This document shows positions 16,229-25,343 of a stretch of DNA of 32,568 nucleotides, in pieces. The notes beneath the pieces were generated by a model. That model saw only the letters and a program-made list of their open reading frames with translations, did no database searches and had not been told where the DNA came from. The position numbers and the translations under genes were made by a program. Position 1 is the first letter of the stretch; every line of letters starts with the position of its first letter. The DNA lies in contig CAZFZO010000001.1 of NCBI GenBank assembly GCA_964523595.1, positions 5,633 to 38,200 of the forward strand, written 5' to 3'. The stretch is from an uncultured Candidatus Saccharibacteria bacterium. GTDB lineage: Bacteria > Patescibacteriota > Minisyncoccia > UBA6257 > 1-14-0-10-44-23.

Positions 16229-17242
16229 TTATTTAACAAGAATAATCTCCTTATTTCTTGGTTCGGTACTAATATATACAACCTTGGTCGCTAAGAGCAA
16301 GTTGTAGATCACGAGCTGACAGAACCACGCGATCGGATACCGATAAAAGAAAAAGAGAAGTTTCAAGGTGAAATAAATAAACAAAGCAACACCGAGCATA
16401 GGAATAACGCCAGCACCATCAGCGCTAAACCGTGAGATGTAGCGATTCGCGATACGATAAAAATACTGCAATATCGTCTCGCGTGAATCTACCGGCGTCT
16501 GCGTAACTTCAGAAACTTTTACCTGAAGTTGATTGCCAAGTTCAGCGTACACGCGTTGCTTATCAGCCTCGGAGAGTTGTGCAAGCTGCGGATTACTACG
16601 GAACTGAAATCCTGCAAACGTTCTAAAAAACTCATCGGTCGACATCTCCGGCGTAAACCCTGGCACAAATGTACGCACAACTGCCGGCGCACCGTTCGCA
16701 GTCAAGAACCGAAACGCATCAAACGAGATACTGTTAGCCTGTTGATACAGACTCGCGTAGAAGAAAGAGATAAACAAAACAAATCCAGTTGTCGTCCACG
16801 CTAGCACGATCCGCGCAAAGCGACCAAACTGAATACGCATACGCTCATTTAAGTGAACCTTCCCCTCTTTAAAGCCAATCAAAACTGAAAGGATAAATAA
16901 AGCGAGTCCAAAAATAGACCAGCTCGAAATATCACTCAGGAGAAATATGAAAAGACAGATACCTTCAGTCAGGGCGACGATCGAACTCAAAAACGAGCTT
17001 TTAATAAGGAGTGACTGAAACACAATCACCGAAAACAAACCAGCGATTGAGAGCGCGGTATAAAGCAACCACAGAGAGCTTGGAAGTGCGTTAAAACGCG
17101 CCAAGCAAAAACTCGTCAACAGAGAAAAAAGCCCACCCAAAACAATCAACACAAAAAAGTGCTTCAATGACCAATCGACATCAGTCGTTCGAATATCCGC
17201 CCCCGAAACACTACTCAGGCTGTTTTGTTGAAGAAGCATCAT
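16229..17242 (-). CDS. Polytopic membrane protein encoded between dnaK and dnaJ
   Basis: At least six hydrophobic segments. The stop is 3 nt before the dnaJ ATG. The track start (ATG at 17305) would overlap dnaK by 95 nt, so the ATG-ATG at 17242/17239 (32-nt overlap) is preferred. The start remains uncertain. Confidence 0.6.
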   Translation of the reverse strand: MMLLQQNSLSSVSGADIRTTDVDWSLKHFFVLIVLGGLFSLLTSFCLARFNALPSSLWLLYTALSIAGLFSVIVFQSLLIKSSFLSSIVALTEGICLFIFLLSDISSWSIFGLALFILSVLIGFKEGKVHLNERMRIQFGRFARIVLAWTTTGFVLFISFFYASLYQQANSISFDAFRFLTANGAPAVVRTFVPGFTPEMSTDEFFRTFAGFQFRSNPQLAQLSEADKQRVYAELGNQLQVKVSEVTQTPVDSRETILQYFYRIANRYISRFSADGAGVIPMLGVALFIYFTLKLLFFFYRYPIAWFCQLVIYNLLLATKVVYISTEPRNKEIILVK

Positions 17243-19055
17243 CGGCTTTATTCTCTTTATTGTACATCGCCCCGCCGATTTTCTGAATCTCCGCCGAAAG
17301 CTCATCCGTCGCTTTCTTGATGATTGCTACATCCCCACTGTCTTTAACCTTCTTCAAATCGTTAATCTTCGCCTCAACGCTCGCACGAATTTCTGGAGTC
17401 ACCTTATCGCCAGCATCTTTGAGTGACTTCTCGGAAACATAAATTAAGTTCTCGGCAATGTTACGAGCTTCGGCCGCATCGCGCTTCTTCTTGTCCTCAT
17501 CCGCGTGCTTTGCCGCCTCTGCCTTAAGTTTCTCAATCTCTTCTTTCGACAATGAGGTAGAAGCCTCGATACGAACCGACTGGCTCTTGCCACTCGCCTT
17601 ATCTTTCGCCCCTACATTCAAAATGCCGTCCGCATCCATATCGACGTTCACCTCAACCTGCGGAGTGCCACGTGCAGCTGGAGGAATACCATCAAGAATA
17701 AATCGCGCGAGCGTCTTGTTGTCAGCCGCCATCTCGCGCTCGCCTTGGAGTACGTGAATCTCTACACTCGTCTGATTATCAGCTGCGGTGGAAAACACCT
17801 GACTCTTTGCTGTTGGAACAGTTGTGTTTTTCTCAATCAACTTCGTAAATACGCCACCAAGCGTCTCAATACCAAGTGAAAGCGGAGTAACGTCTAAAAG
17901 TAAAACGTCTTTTACATCTCCTTGAAGCACACCAGCCTGAACAGCCGCACCAGCCGCAACTACCTCGTCTGGGTTCACACCCATGTGCGGATCCTTGCCA
18001 AATAACTTCTTCACCGCCTCCTGCATCGCTGGCATACGCGTCTGTCCACCAACCAAAATCACCTCATCAATATCTTTGAGTTCAAAACCAGCCTCCTTAA
18101 CCGTCTTGCGGGTAAGTTCGATCGAGTGATCAAGATAGTCCTGTACCAAACTCTCGAGCTTAGCTCGACTCATCTTCATCAAGAAGTGCTTTGGACCAGA
18201 AGCATCCGAGCTAATGTATGGCAAGTTAATCTCGGTCTCGAGTGAAGTAGAAAGTTCGTGTTTGGCTTTTTCCGCCGCCTCTTTTAAGCGCTGCAGTGCG
18301 AGTGGGTCCTTGCTAATATCCACCCCCTCCTGCTTTTTGTATTCCGCAACCAAAAACTCCTGAATGCGCTTATCAAAATCATCACCACCAAGGTGCGTGT
18401 CACCACCGGTAGACTTAACCTCAACCACGTCATCGCCGACTTCAAGAACCGAAATATCAAAAGTACCACCTCCGAAGTCATACACAACAATCTGCTCATT
18501 TTTCTTTTTGTTAAAACCGTACGCAAGCGCCGCTGCAGTCGGTTCGTTGATGATACGACGAACTTTAAGCCCAGCAATCTCACCAGCATTCTTAGTCGCC
18601 TGACGCTGGCTGTCATCAAAATATGCCGGCACCGTAATTACCGCCTCTTCAACTTTTTCACCTAAGCGCGCCTCGGCATCTGCCTTAAGCTTAGCCAAAA
18701 CCATCGCCGAAAGTTCTTCTGGCGTAAGCCACTTGTCACCCATCTTTACTTCAACACCACCAGCTGCGCTCTCGCGAATATCATATGGCAACCACGCCTT
18801 GTCACGCTGAACTTCTGGGTCAGAAAACTTGCGTCCAATTAAACGCTTAACCGAAAAAATAGTGTTTTTAGGATTTGTAACCGACTGACGCTTCGCCAAT
18901 AAACCCACAACACGCTCACCGCCCTTTGTAAGAGCGATAATCGAAGGAGTTGTGCGATTTCCCTCTGCATTCTCTAAGATCTTTGGTGCACCACCCTCCA
19001 TGACCGCAACCGCCGAGTTCGTTGTTCCTAAATCAATACCAATTATTTTAGCCAT
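17211..19055 (-). CDS. dnaK: Molecular chaperone DnaK (Hsp70)
   Basis: [18 protein letters not shown] and [11 protein letters not shown] signatures over the full length. Confidence 0.97.
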   Translation of the reverse strand: MAKIIGIDLGTTNSAVAVMEGGAPKILENAEGNRTTPSIIALTKGGERVVGLLAKRQSVTNPKNTIFSVKRLIGRKFSDPEVQRDKAWLPYDIRESAAGGVEVKMGDKWLTPEELSAMVLAKLKADAEARLGEKVEEAVITVPAYFDDSQRQATKNAGEIAGLKVRRIINEPTAAALAYGFNKKKNEQIVVYDFGGGTFDISVLEVGDDVVEVKSTGGDTHLGGDDFDKRIQEFLVAEYKKQEGVDISKDPLALQRLKEAAEKAKHELSTSLETEINLPYISSDASGPKHFLMKMSRAKLESLVQDYLDHSIELTRKTVKEAGFELKDIDEVILVGGQTRMPAMQEAVKKLFGKDPHMGVNPDEVVAAGAAVQAGVLQGDVKDVLLLDVTPLSLGIETLGGVFTKLIEKNTTVPTAKSQVFSTAADNQTSVEIHVLQGEREMAADNKTLARFILDGIPPAARGTPQVEVNVDMDADGILNVGAKDKASGKSQSVRIEASTSLSKEEIEKLKAEAAKHADEDKKKRDAAEARNIAENLIYVSEKSLKDAGDKVTPEIRASVEAKINDLKKVKDSGDVAIIKKATDELSAEIQKIGGAMYNKENKADDASSTKQPE

Positions 19056-19079
19056 ATGTGTGAATAAATTAATGACTTG

Positions 19080-19613
19080 TTAATTTACTTTACCTACTCT
19101 TACTTTCGCAGGACGAATCACTCTTCCATTAAGGGTATACCCACTCGCCAGCTCGTCAACAATCTTTCCGGCAAGCTCATGTTTTCCCTGAGGAACTTCG
19201 ATCTCACTCATCATCTCGTGTATGCGTGGATCTGGCTCATCGCCGGCGCGCACTGCTATCTTCTCTACTCCATGCTTTTTCAAAATACTATCAAACTGAC
19301 CACGAATCATCTCGACTCCTTTGCGCGCCTGCTCATCATGAGTAAACGCACTCGAAGCAAGGTCAAAACTATCTAGCACCGCAATAAGTTCTTTGATAAT
19401 CGAGAGATTGCCAAACGAAACTACTTCTTCGATACGCTTCGCCTCTTCTTTTTTATAATTAAGAAAATCTGCTTTTGAACGTCGCCATCCATCAAGATAT
19501 TCGTCGCGTTCGCCCGTCAACTTCTGGACTTGAGCTTGAAGCTCATCAGGAGGAAGAGACGAGGAGGATGACTGATTCGCAGATGATTGTTTTTCATTCT
19601 GTAACTCGTCCAT
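19080..19613 (-). CDS. grpE: Nucleotide exchange factor GrpE
   Basis: Position upstream of dnaK, an N-terminal coiled coil, and RRSKADFLNYKKE and GYTLNGRVIRPAKV motifs typical of GrpE. Confidence 0.9.
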   Translation of the reverse strand: MDELQNEKQSSANQSSSSSLPPDELQAQVQKLTGERDEYLDGWRRSKADFLNYKKEEAKRIEEVVSFGNLSIIKELIAVLDSFDLASSAFTHDEQARKGVEMIRGQFDSILKKHGVEKIAVRAGDEPDPRIHEMMSEIEVPQGKHELAGKIVDELASGYTLNGRVIRPAKVRVGKVN

Positions 19614-19623
19614 AGTGAAAACT

Positions 19624-19651
19624 AGTTTAAACTAAAAAACAGCTTTGTCAA
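19624..19651 (-). promoter_or_regulatory. Candidate grpE-dnaK promoter (TTGACA-16-TAAACT) overlapping a 12-nt palindrome
   Basis: On the minus strand, TTGACA is at 19651-19646 and TAAACT at 19629-19624. A second TTGACA lies at 19663-19658. The perfect palindrome TAGTTTAAACTA is at 19623-19634. Confidence 0.4.
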
Positions 19652-19670
19652 GGTGTCTGTCAAGTGATAC

Positions 19671-20210
19671 TTACAACTGCACACGTCCAATTAAGCTCGC
19701 CTTATCGATAAGCCCAAACTGCGAACTATCCATCGTACCATCTGGCAAATTACCAAGTACTAAATACGCATTATCAGGGATAACTCCTTGATAATCACGA
19801 ATGTACAAGGAAAAAACCCGTGCTTTTTGTGCACTAAAAACATACGGCGCACCAGCACTGGTAAATACTGGGCGATGATTAATTAAAAGTGTTTGCCCGC
19901 CACTTACTGGCTCGAGCCCAAATACATCACCCGGTACACCCTTTATTACCTTGATAAGTGGATTTTTATTTCCTGCATACCGAATCGCCGCTACCTCGTC
20001 ACGGAGTGGAACATGACAACTATAGTAGCCATATAGGATAGTAACAACGCTCCCATCTTCGACAATGCCTCGTAAAGAGCTCCCTTCAACAGCTTCGCGC
20101 TGACTCCGCATCGGACAAAGCACAAAGTTGCTCTGGAAAAAGAGGTAAAAGAAAACCGCCAATACTCCAACAACTACAATAACTTGAAAACGGCTATAAG
20201 GCTTACGCAC
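19671..20210 (-). CDS. S26-family signal peptidase I-like protein
   Basis: N-terminal TM segment. EGSSLRGIV corresponds to the GSSMxP Ser box, IKVIKGVPGD to the KRvIGlPGD Lys box, and LGNLPDGTMDSSQFGLI to the GDNxxxSxDSR box. GTG start. Confidence 0.65.
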   Translation of the reverse strand: MRKPYSRFQVIVVVGVLAVFFYLFFQSNFVLCPMRSQREAVEGSSLRGIVEDGSVVTILYGYYSCHVPLRDEVAAIRYAGNKNPLIKVIKGVPGDVFGLEPVSGGQTLLINHRPVFTSAGAPYVFSAQKARVFSLYIRDYQGVIPDNAYLVLGNLPDGTMDSSQFGLIDKASLIGRVQL

Positions 20211-20220
20211 AAGGTAAAAA

Positions 20221-21012
20221 TTATTTCACGCAAACACGACACGTATTGCATCCATAGCTATTGCAAGCGGTAAGAACTGCATTCGAACCGCCAACGCCAA
20301 CCGCAGCACCCGCTTGCGCATACGTTGAATCATATACAAATGCATAAGGAACTGCTGAACAAATTGAATCAGTGCCAATTACCGCCGCATCAGGGACGTC
20401 TAACTCAGTCTGCTCTCCCGACTGTCCGCTCGCATCATTATTTGCCGTACCGTACCACGTAAACATCGTATTCATTGGCCCATACCCCGCATATACTTCA
20501 GTCCAACCATTTGGGCACGAGGCAGTACCAGATCCCGCTACGACGGGCGCAACTGGAGCGCAGGCAGCAGTAAACAAACCACCCAAAATACCACGACAAC
20601 CTGCTCCAATTGCTCCAGCCGGACGTTGATATCTTCCTGCAGGATTCTGACTAAGACCAACGCCATACAAAACGAGCGACCCTCCTCCACCACCAGTCGC
20701 GCCAACCTGTGCATCAACATACGCTTTATTGGCCGCATCGGTATCGCCAATCGGAGTCGCAACATCTTTGATCAAATTACCAACTGCGCTAATCACGCCA
20801 TTTACCGTAAGACTGCTGCTTGGCGTCGCCGCATTAATACCAAGCTTCCCCTGATACGCGGTCAAAATACCACTTCCGCTTGGTGGATTCGCACTTGGAT
20901 TAGTCCAACCGAAAACAGTATTAAGATACGAAAATAAAGCGAGGAACGAAGCAAGGCCTAAAACAGCAACGATCTTAATAAAAAAACCTGAAAATGTATT
21001 TTTTGACTGCAT
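20221..21012 (-). CDS. Membrane-anchored/secreted Gly-Ala-rich protein with Cys-rich C-terminus
   Basis: N-terminal hydrophobic helix followed by WTNPSANPPSGSG...YQGKLGI...DAANKAYVDAQ, a poly-Gly stretch, and 9 Cys in the C-terminal half ending CNSYGCNTCRVCVK. Confidence 0.65.
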   Translation of the reverse strand: MQSKNTFSGFFIKIVAVLGLASFLALFSYLNTVFGWTNPSANPPSGSGILTAYQGKLGINAATPSSSLTVNGVISAVGNLIKDVATPIGDTDAANKAYVDAQVGATGGGGGSLVLYGVGLSQNPAGRYQRPAGAIGAGCRGILGGLFTAACAPVAPVVAGSGTASCPNGWTEVYAGYGPMNTMFTWYGTANNDASGQSGEQTELDVPDAAVIGTDSICSAVPYAFVYDSTYAQAGAAVGVGGSNAVLTACNSYGCNTCRVCVK

Positions 21013-21104
21013 AAGCTAATGAATAAAATATAAAACGAAAACGACCTAGTGCTTCTTCCCTCTATTATACGTTATACTTACATAAAGATATACACAGCAA
21101 TCAC

Positions 21105-22013
21105 ATGCGCACTATTAAAGACAAAGTAACGTGGATTGACGTCCTCAAGCCAAATGACGGCGACATTGAAGCGCTTCGCAAACTCCGGGTCTTTCATCCA
21201 ATACTCCTCGACGAGATAACCCATCCGTCGGTACGTGGCCGTATCGAACAGTACAGTAAGTATATGTTCGTCGCCTACCACATCCCCGTCTACGATCCAC
21301 AAGAAAAAACTTCCCGTCGCGCTGAGATTGATTTTTTGATCACGAAAAACACGATTGTTACTGCGCACCACGAAACACTCGAGCCAATCGAAAAACTTTT
21401 TCAAGAGTTATTGCGTAGCGAAGAAAAAAAGAAAGACATGCTGGGCAAAAACAGCTACGAATTAATGTATAGCCTCCTACAAGAGTTTATCTCGTTCTCC
21501 GCCCGCCAGCTCCATCACATCGAAGAACGCGTCAGCTTCCTTTCAAACGAAATCTTTCACGACCGCAGCGGAGACCTTCTAAAGAAAATCTCATACGTGA
21601 AACGCGACATTCTCGATTTTCGCTTGATTACACGTCCACAAAATATTCTTTTCACCTCACTCCTTGAAAACGGCATTAAGTTCTGGGGCGAAGATAGTCG
21701 CGTCTACCTAGCCGACCTCATTGGCGACAATCAAAAACTCGCGCAAACCCTCGACAACTATTACGAGATTATTGAGTCACTCGAAACTACCAACGCACAA
21801 ATCTTAAGTGCACAAACCAACGAAACAATCAAAAAAATAACTGCTGTCGCCTTTCTAAGTTCAATCCCCCTCTTCTACATCTTCGCTGTCAGCATTCCAT
21901 ACATCGGCGACGTACTGCTGGCGACACCATTTACTTTTTGGTGTACCTTCTTAGCCATGATTGGACTCGTCGGATATCTCACCTATCGATTTAAAAAGAA
22001 AAAGATTCTCTAG
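21105..22013 (+). CDS. CorA-family divalent cation transporter-like protein lacking the GMN motif
   Basis: CorA-like N-terminal domain (WIDVLKPNDGDIEALRK...HPILLDEI) and two C-terminal TM helices ending in KKKKIL. The position of YGMNF reads VSIPY. Confidence 0.7.
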   Translation: MRTIKDKVTWIDVLKPNDGDIEALRKLRVFHPILLDEITHPSVRGRIEQYSKYMFVAYHIPVYDPQEKTSRRAEIDFLITKNTIVTAHHETLEPIEKLFQELLRSEEKKKDMLGKNSYELMYSLLQEFISFSARQLHHIEERVSFLSNEIFHDRSGDLLKKISYVKRDILDFRLITRPQNILFTSLLENGIKFWGEDSRVYLADLIGDNQKLAQTLDNYYEIIESLETTNAQILSAQTNETIKKITAVAFLSSIPLFYIFAVSIPYIGDVLLATPFTFWCTFLAMIGLVGYLTYRFKKKKIL

Positions 22014-22015
22014 CT

Positions 22016-23389
22016 ATGCAAATCTACGACACCCTTACGGGGAAAAAAGAAACACTCAAAAAACCACTCTTCCGCTCACTCAAGATGTTTGTCTGTGGTC
22101 CAACTGTCTACGACCACCCGCATATTGGCAACGCCCGCACCTTTACCGCTTTTGATATCATCGCGCGCTACATCCGAGCTCGCGGATTTAAGCTATTCTA
22201 TCTGCAAAATATTACCGACATTGACGATAAGATTATTAAGAAAGCTCAAGATGAAAACGTCTCATGGGAGGTAATTAAGCAGCGTTATGAGGATATCTAT
22301 AAACAAAACCTCAAAGACCTCAACATCACCTCAATAACAGAGTTCGCTAAAGCCACCGACTACATTCCGCAGATCATCAAACAGGTACAAACCCTTATCA
22401 AAAAAGGCTACGCGTACAAAATCGAGGGTGAAGGTTGGTACTTCGACCTTTCAAAGTTTGCCGACTACGGCAAGCTCGCCAAACGAACCGCAAGTCAAGC
22501 AACTGATGGCACGACGCGTATCGACAATATCGACAAAAAGCGCAACGCCGGAGACTTTTGTCTCTGGAAATTCTCAAAAGAAAACGAACCATCTTGGCAA
22601 GCTGAGTTCGGCGCTGGCCGACCAGGCTGGCACATCGAAGACACGGCTATCACCGAATCATTTTTTGGTCCGCAGTACGACCTCCATGGTGGCGCGATCG
22701 ACTTAAAATTCCCCCACCACGAAGCCGAAATCGCTCAGCAAGAATCAGCGAGTGGAAAGAAGCCATTCGTAAAAACTTGGATGCACGCTGGCTTTTTGAA
22801 TCTCGTTGGTGAAAAGATGAGTAAGTCACTCGGTAACTTCATCACTATCACCGAGCTCCTCAAAAAACACTCCGGCGACGTCTTCCGCATGATGGTCCTC
22901 TCGCATCACTACCGCGCCCCAATGGACTATGGCGACGAACTCGTTGTTACCGCTCAAAAAAATCTAAACGACATCAAATCATTCTTGCTTAAACTAACTA
23001 AGGTGCAAAACGCAAAAGAAGCACTCAAATTTGATGTATCACCTTACGAAAAAGAGTTTACCGCCGCCATGGACGACGACTTCAATAGCCCAAAAGCACT
23101 TGCTACTATCTTTAACGTGATGAACGCGGTTAACAAGCAGATCTGGCAATTAAGCACTGCTCAAGCTAAGCATATCCACACTTTCATCGCTGGTTGGCTC
23201 ACAAAGCTCGGCATCAGCTCGCTCGACATCGAAATTCCTCAAGAAATTGAAAAATTAGCCAACGAACGCGAGTTATACAGAAGTTCTAAACAGTTTACCC
23301 AGTCCGACGCATTGCGTAAGCAAATAGATGCGCTAGGATACCTAGTAGAAGACACGCCAGTTGGACCAATCGTCCTACCGAAAAACTAG
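22016..23389 (+). CDS. cysS: Cysteine--tRNA ligase
   Basis: HIGN (HPHIGNART) and KMSKS class I signatures, plus CysRS-typical GRPGWHIE. Confidence 0.95.
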   Translation: MQIYDTLTGKKETLKKPLFRSLKMFVCGPTVYDHPHIGNARTFTAFDIIARYIRARGFKLFYLQNITDIDDKIIKKAQDENVSWEVIKQRYEDIYKQNLKDLNITSITEFAKATDYIPQIIKQVQTLIKKGYAYKIEGEGWYFDLSKFADYGKLAKRTASQATDGTTRIDNIDKKRNAGDFCLWKFSKENEPSWQAEFGAGRPGWHIEDTAITESFFGPQYDLHGGAIDLKFPHHEAEIAQQESASGKKPFVKTWMHAGFLNLVGEKMSKSLGNFITITELLKKHSGDVFRMMVLSHHYRAPMDYGDELVVTAQKNLNDIKSFLLKLTKVQNAKEALKFDVSPYEKEFTAAMDDDFNSPKALATIFNVMNAVNKQIWQLSTAQAKHIHTFIAGWLTKLGISSLDIEIPQEIEKLANERELYRSSKQFTQSDALRKQIDALGYLVEDTPVGPIVLPKN

Positions 23390-23409
23390 CGCCTCGTCTA
23401 TTAAAAATC

Positions 23410-24735
23410 ATGACTAAATTACCACCTCAAAATATCGAGGCTGAAGAATCAGTCCTTGGCGCACTTATGCTCGACAAAGATGCGATTATTCGCGTCGCTG
23501 ATATTTTACGCGCCGAAGATTTTTACAAACCAACCAACTCGATCATCTACGCAACCTTTTTAAAACTTTTTGAAAAGCGTTTGCCGATCGACATCCTAAC
23601 CGTTACGAACGCACTTCGAGACGCTGGCCACCTCGACCAAATCGGAGGAGCTACCGCACTCACCGTACTCACCGAAAAAGTACCAACCGCAAGTCACGTC
23701 GAACACTACGCCAAGCTCGTCAAAGAGAAAAAAATTCTCCGCGACCTCATTAGCACGTCGGCAAAAATTAGCGAAGACGCGTTTGGAGCGACCGACGACC
23801 TCCCGCAACTCTTAGATCAAATCGAAAGTAGAATCTTTTCGATCTCCCAAGGCTCGGTCAGCCAAAAGTTTTACGCCGTCCGCGACAAACTCAAAGAAGC
23901 AGCCGAACGTATCGAAAAACTTAAAAATGGCGAGGGTCGCCTCCGTGGTATCGGCAGTGGACTCACGCAACTCGACGAAAAACTCTCGGGATTCCAAAAA
24001 TCAGACTTGATCATTATCGGTGCGCGTCCATCGGTCGGTAAAACCTCTCTCGCCTTAGATATCGCCAGACACGCCTCACTACGTGAAGGTAAGCACGTCG
24101 GTATCTTCTCCCTTGAAATGAGCAATGAGCAGGTTATTGACCGTATTATCGCTGCGGAAGCGAGCGTTCCTCTTTGGAAACTTCGTACGGGTAAATTAAA
24201 CGAGGGCGACCTCGAGTTTATTCCGCACGCGTTAGACACCTTATCGCAATCCTCCCTGCACATTGATGACACGCCAAGCCCAACCGTACTTCAAATGCGT
24301 GCGATGGCCCGCCGCTTACAGTCTGAACACGGCCTCGACTTGCTCATCATCGACTATCTCCAGCTTATTCAACCACGTACCACTAGCGACAATATTGTCA
24401 GCCAAATTACCGAGATCAGCCGTGGACTCAAAGGACTCGCCCGTGAACTCAACGTGCCAGTCGTCGCCCTCTCCCAGCTCTCACGTGCAACCGAGCAGCG
24501 CGATGGCGAACCACGTCTCTCCGACCTCCGCGACTCTGGCTCTATCGAACAAGATGCTGACGTCGTTATCTTTATCTGGCGTAAAAACAAAGGTAAGACC
24601 GGCCTCGACCCAGTCGATGAGGGTGCAACCGAGCTTATCGTCGCTAAACACCGCAACGGTCCAACCGGCTCAATCTCCGTCCGCTTCGAACAAGAGATGT
24701 CTACGTTTAGAAATATCGACACCCATCACTCATAA
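23410..24735 (+). CDS. dnaB: Replicative DNA helicase DnaB
   Basis: PPQNIEAEESVLGALMLD N-terminus, Walker A GARPSVGKTS, LIIDYLQL, and SQLSR...DLRDSGSIEQDAD. Confidence 0.95.
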   Translation: MTKLPPQNIEAEESVLGALMLDKDAIIRVADILRAEDFYKPTNSIIYATFLKLFEKRLPIDILTVTNALRDAGHLDQIGGATALTVLTEKVPTASHVEHYAKLVKEKKILRDLISTSAKISEDAFGATDDLPQLLDQIESRIFSISQGSVSQKFYAVRDKLKEAAERIEKLKNGEGRLRGIGSGLTQLDEKLSGFQKSDLIIIGARPSVGKTSLALDIARHASLREGKHVGIFSLEMSNEQVIDRIIAAEASVPLWKLRTGKLNEGDLEFIPHALDTLSQSSLHIDDTPSPTVLQMRAMARRLQSEHGLDLLIIDYLQLIQPRTTSDNIVSQITEISRGLKGLARELNVPVVALSQLSRATEQRDGEPRLSDLRDSGSIEQDADVVIFIWRKNKGKTGLDPVDEGATELIVAKHRNGPTGSISVRFEQEMSTFRNIDTHHS

Positions 24736-24743
24736 CCTCGCCT

Positions 24744-25337
24744 ATGATTCCCTCTGCGATTAAAGAGCTTGCTAAGCGTCTTGCCGAGCTTCCAGGTATC
24801 GGCCCACGCCAAGGATTACGCCTCGCTTTTCATCTCGCCCGCTTACCGAAATCCGAAATCAGTAATTACAGCACAACACTAGGTAGCCTTACGAAACTCA
24901 AAGAGTGCGAGCAGTGCTTTTTAATGCACGACAACGTCGGCCCACTTTGCTCAATTTGCGCTGACCCAAAGCGTGACCAAACAATCGTCGCCGTAGTTGA
25001 AAAAGATACTGACGTCCTAACGCTGGAAAAAGCCAAATCATTCACCGGAAGATACTTGATCGTCGGCGATATTAAAAAAGCTGGCAGTCTCGATATGCAA
25101 CACAAAGCGCGCATCGCCGTACTTAAAAAGACAACCGAAAAAACTGGCGTACTCAACGAGATTATTATCGCCCTCTCACCAACAACCATCGGCGACCTAA
25201 ACGCCTCATTGCTCGCTGGCGAACTCAAAGGCTTATCACAAAAAATCACCCGCCTCGCGCGCGGCATCCCGACTGGAGGAGAGATTGAGTTTGCCGACGA
25301 ACAAACGCTCATCGACTCACTTAAAAATCGTAGCTAA
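24744..25337 (+). CDS. recR: Recombination protein RecR
   Basis: LPGIGPRQGLRLAFHL helix-hairpin-helix, C4 zinc finger (CEQC...CSIC), and Toprim (VVEKDTDVLTLE). Confidence 0.93.
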   Translation: MIPSAIKELAKRLAELPGIGPRQGLRLAFHLARLPKSEISNYSTTLGSLTKLKECEQCFLMHDNVGPLCSICADPKRDQTIVAVVEKDTDVLTLEKAKSFTGRYLIVGDIKKAGSLDMQHKARIAVLKKTTEKTGVLNEIIIALSPTTIGDLNASLLAGELKGLSQKITRLARGIPTGGEIEFADEQTLIDSLKNRS

Positions 25338-25343
25338 AACTAA

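Noticed and set aside
17243-17305. Longest version of the membrane-protein ORF, starting at the ATG at 17305.
   Set aside because: It would overlap dnaK by 95 nt. The extra 21 residues are Arg/Lys-rich and are read from the dnaK C-terminal region in another frame. It is kept as an alternative in the feature evidence.
21078-21404. 108-aa minus-strand ORF.
   Set aside because: It is antisense to the well-supported CorA-like N-terminal domain.
23596-24763. Several 60-166-aa ORFs on both strands within dnaB.
   Set aside because: They lie entirely inside the dnaB coding region, in other frames or on the other strand, with low-complexity translations.
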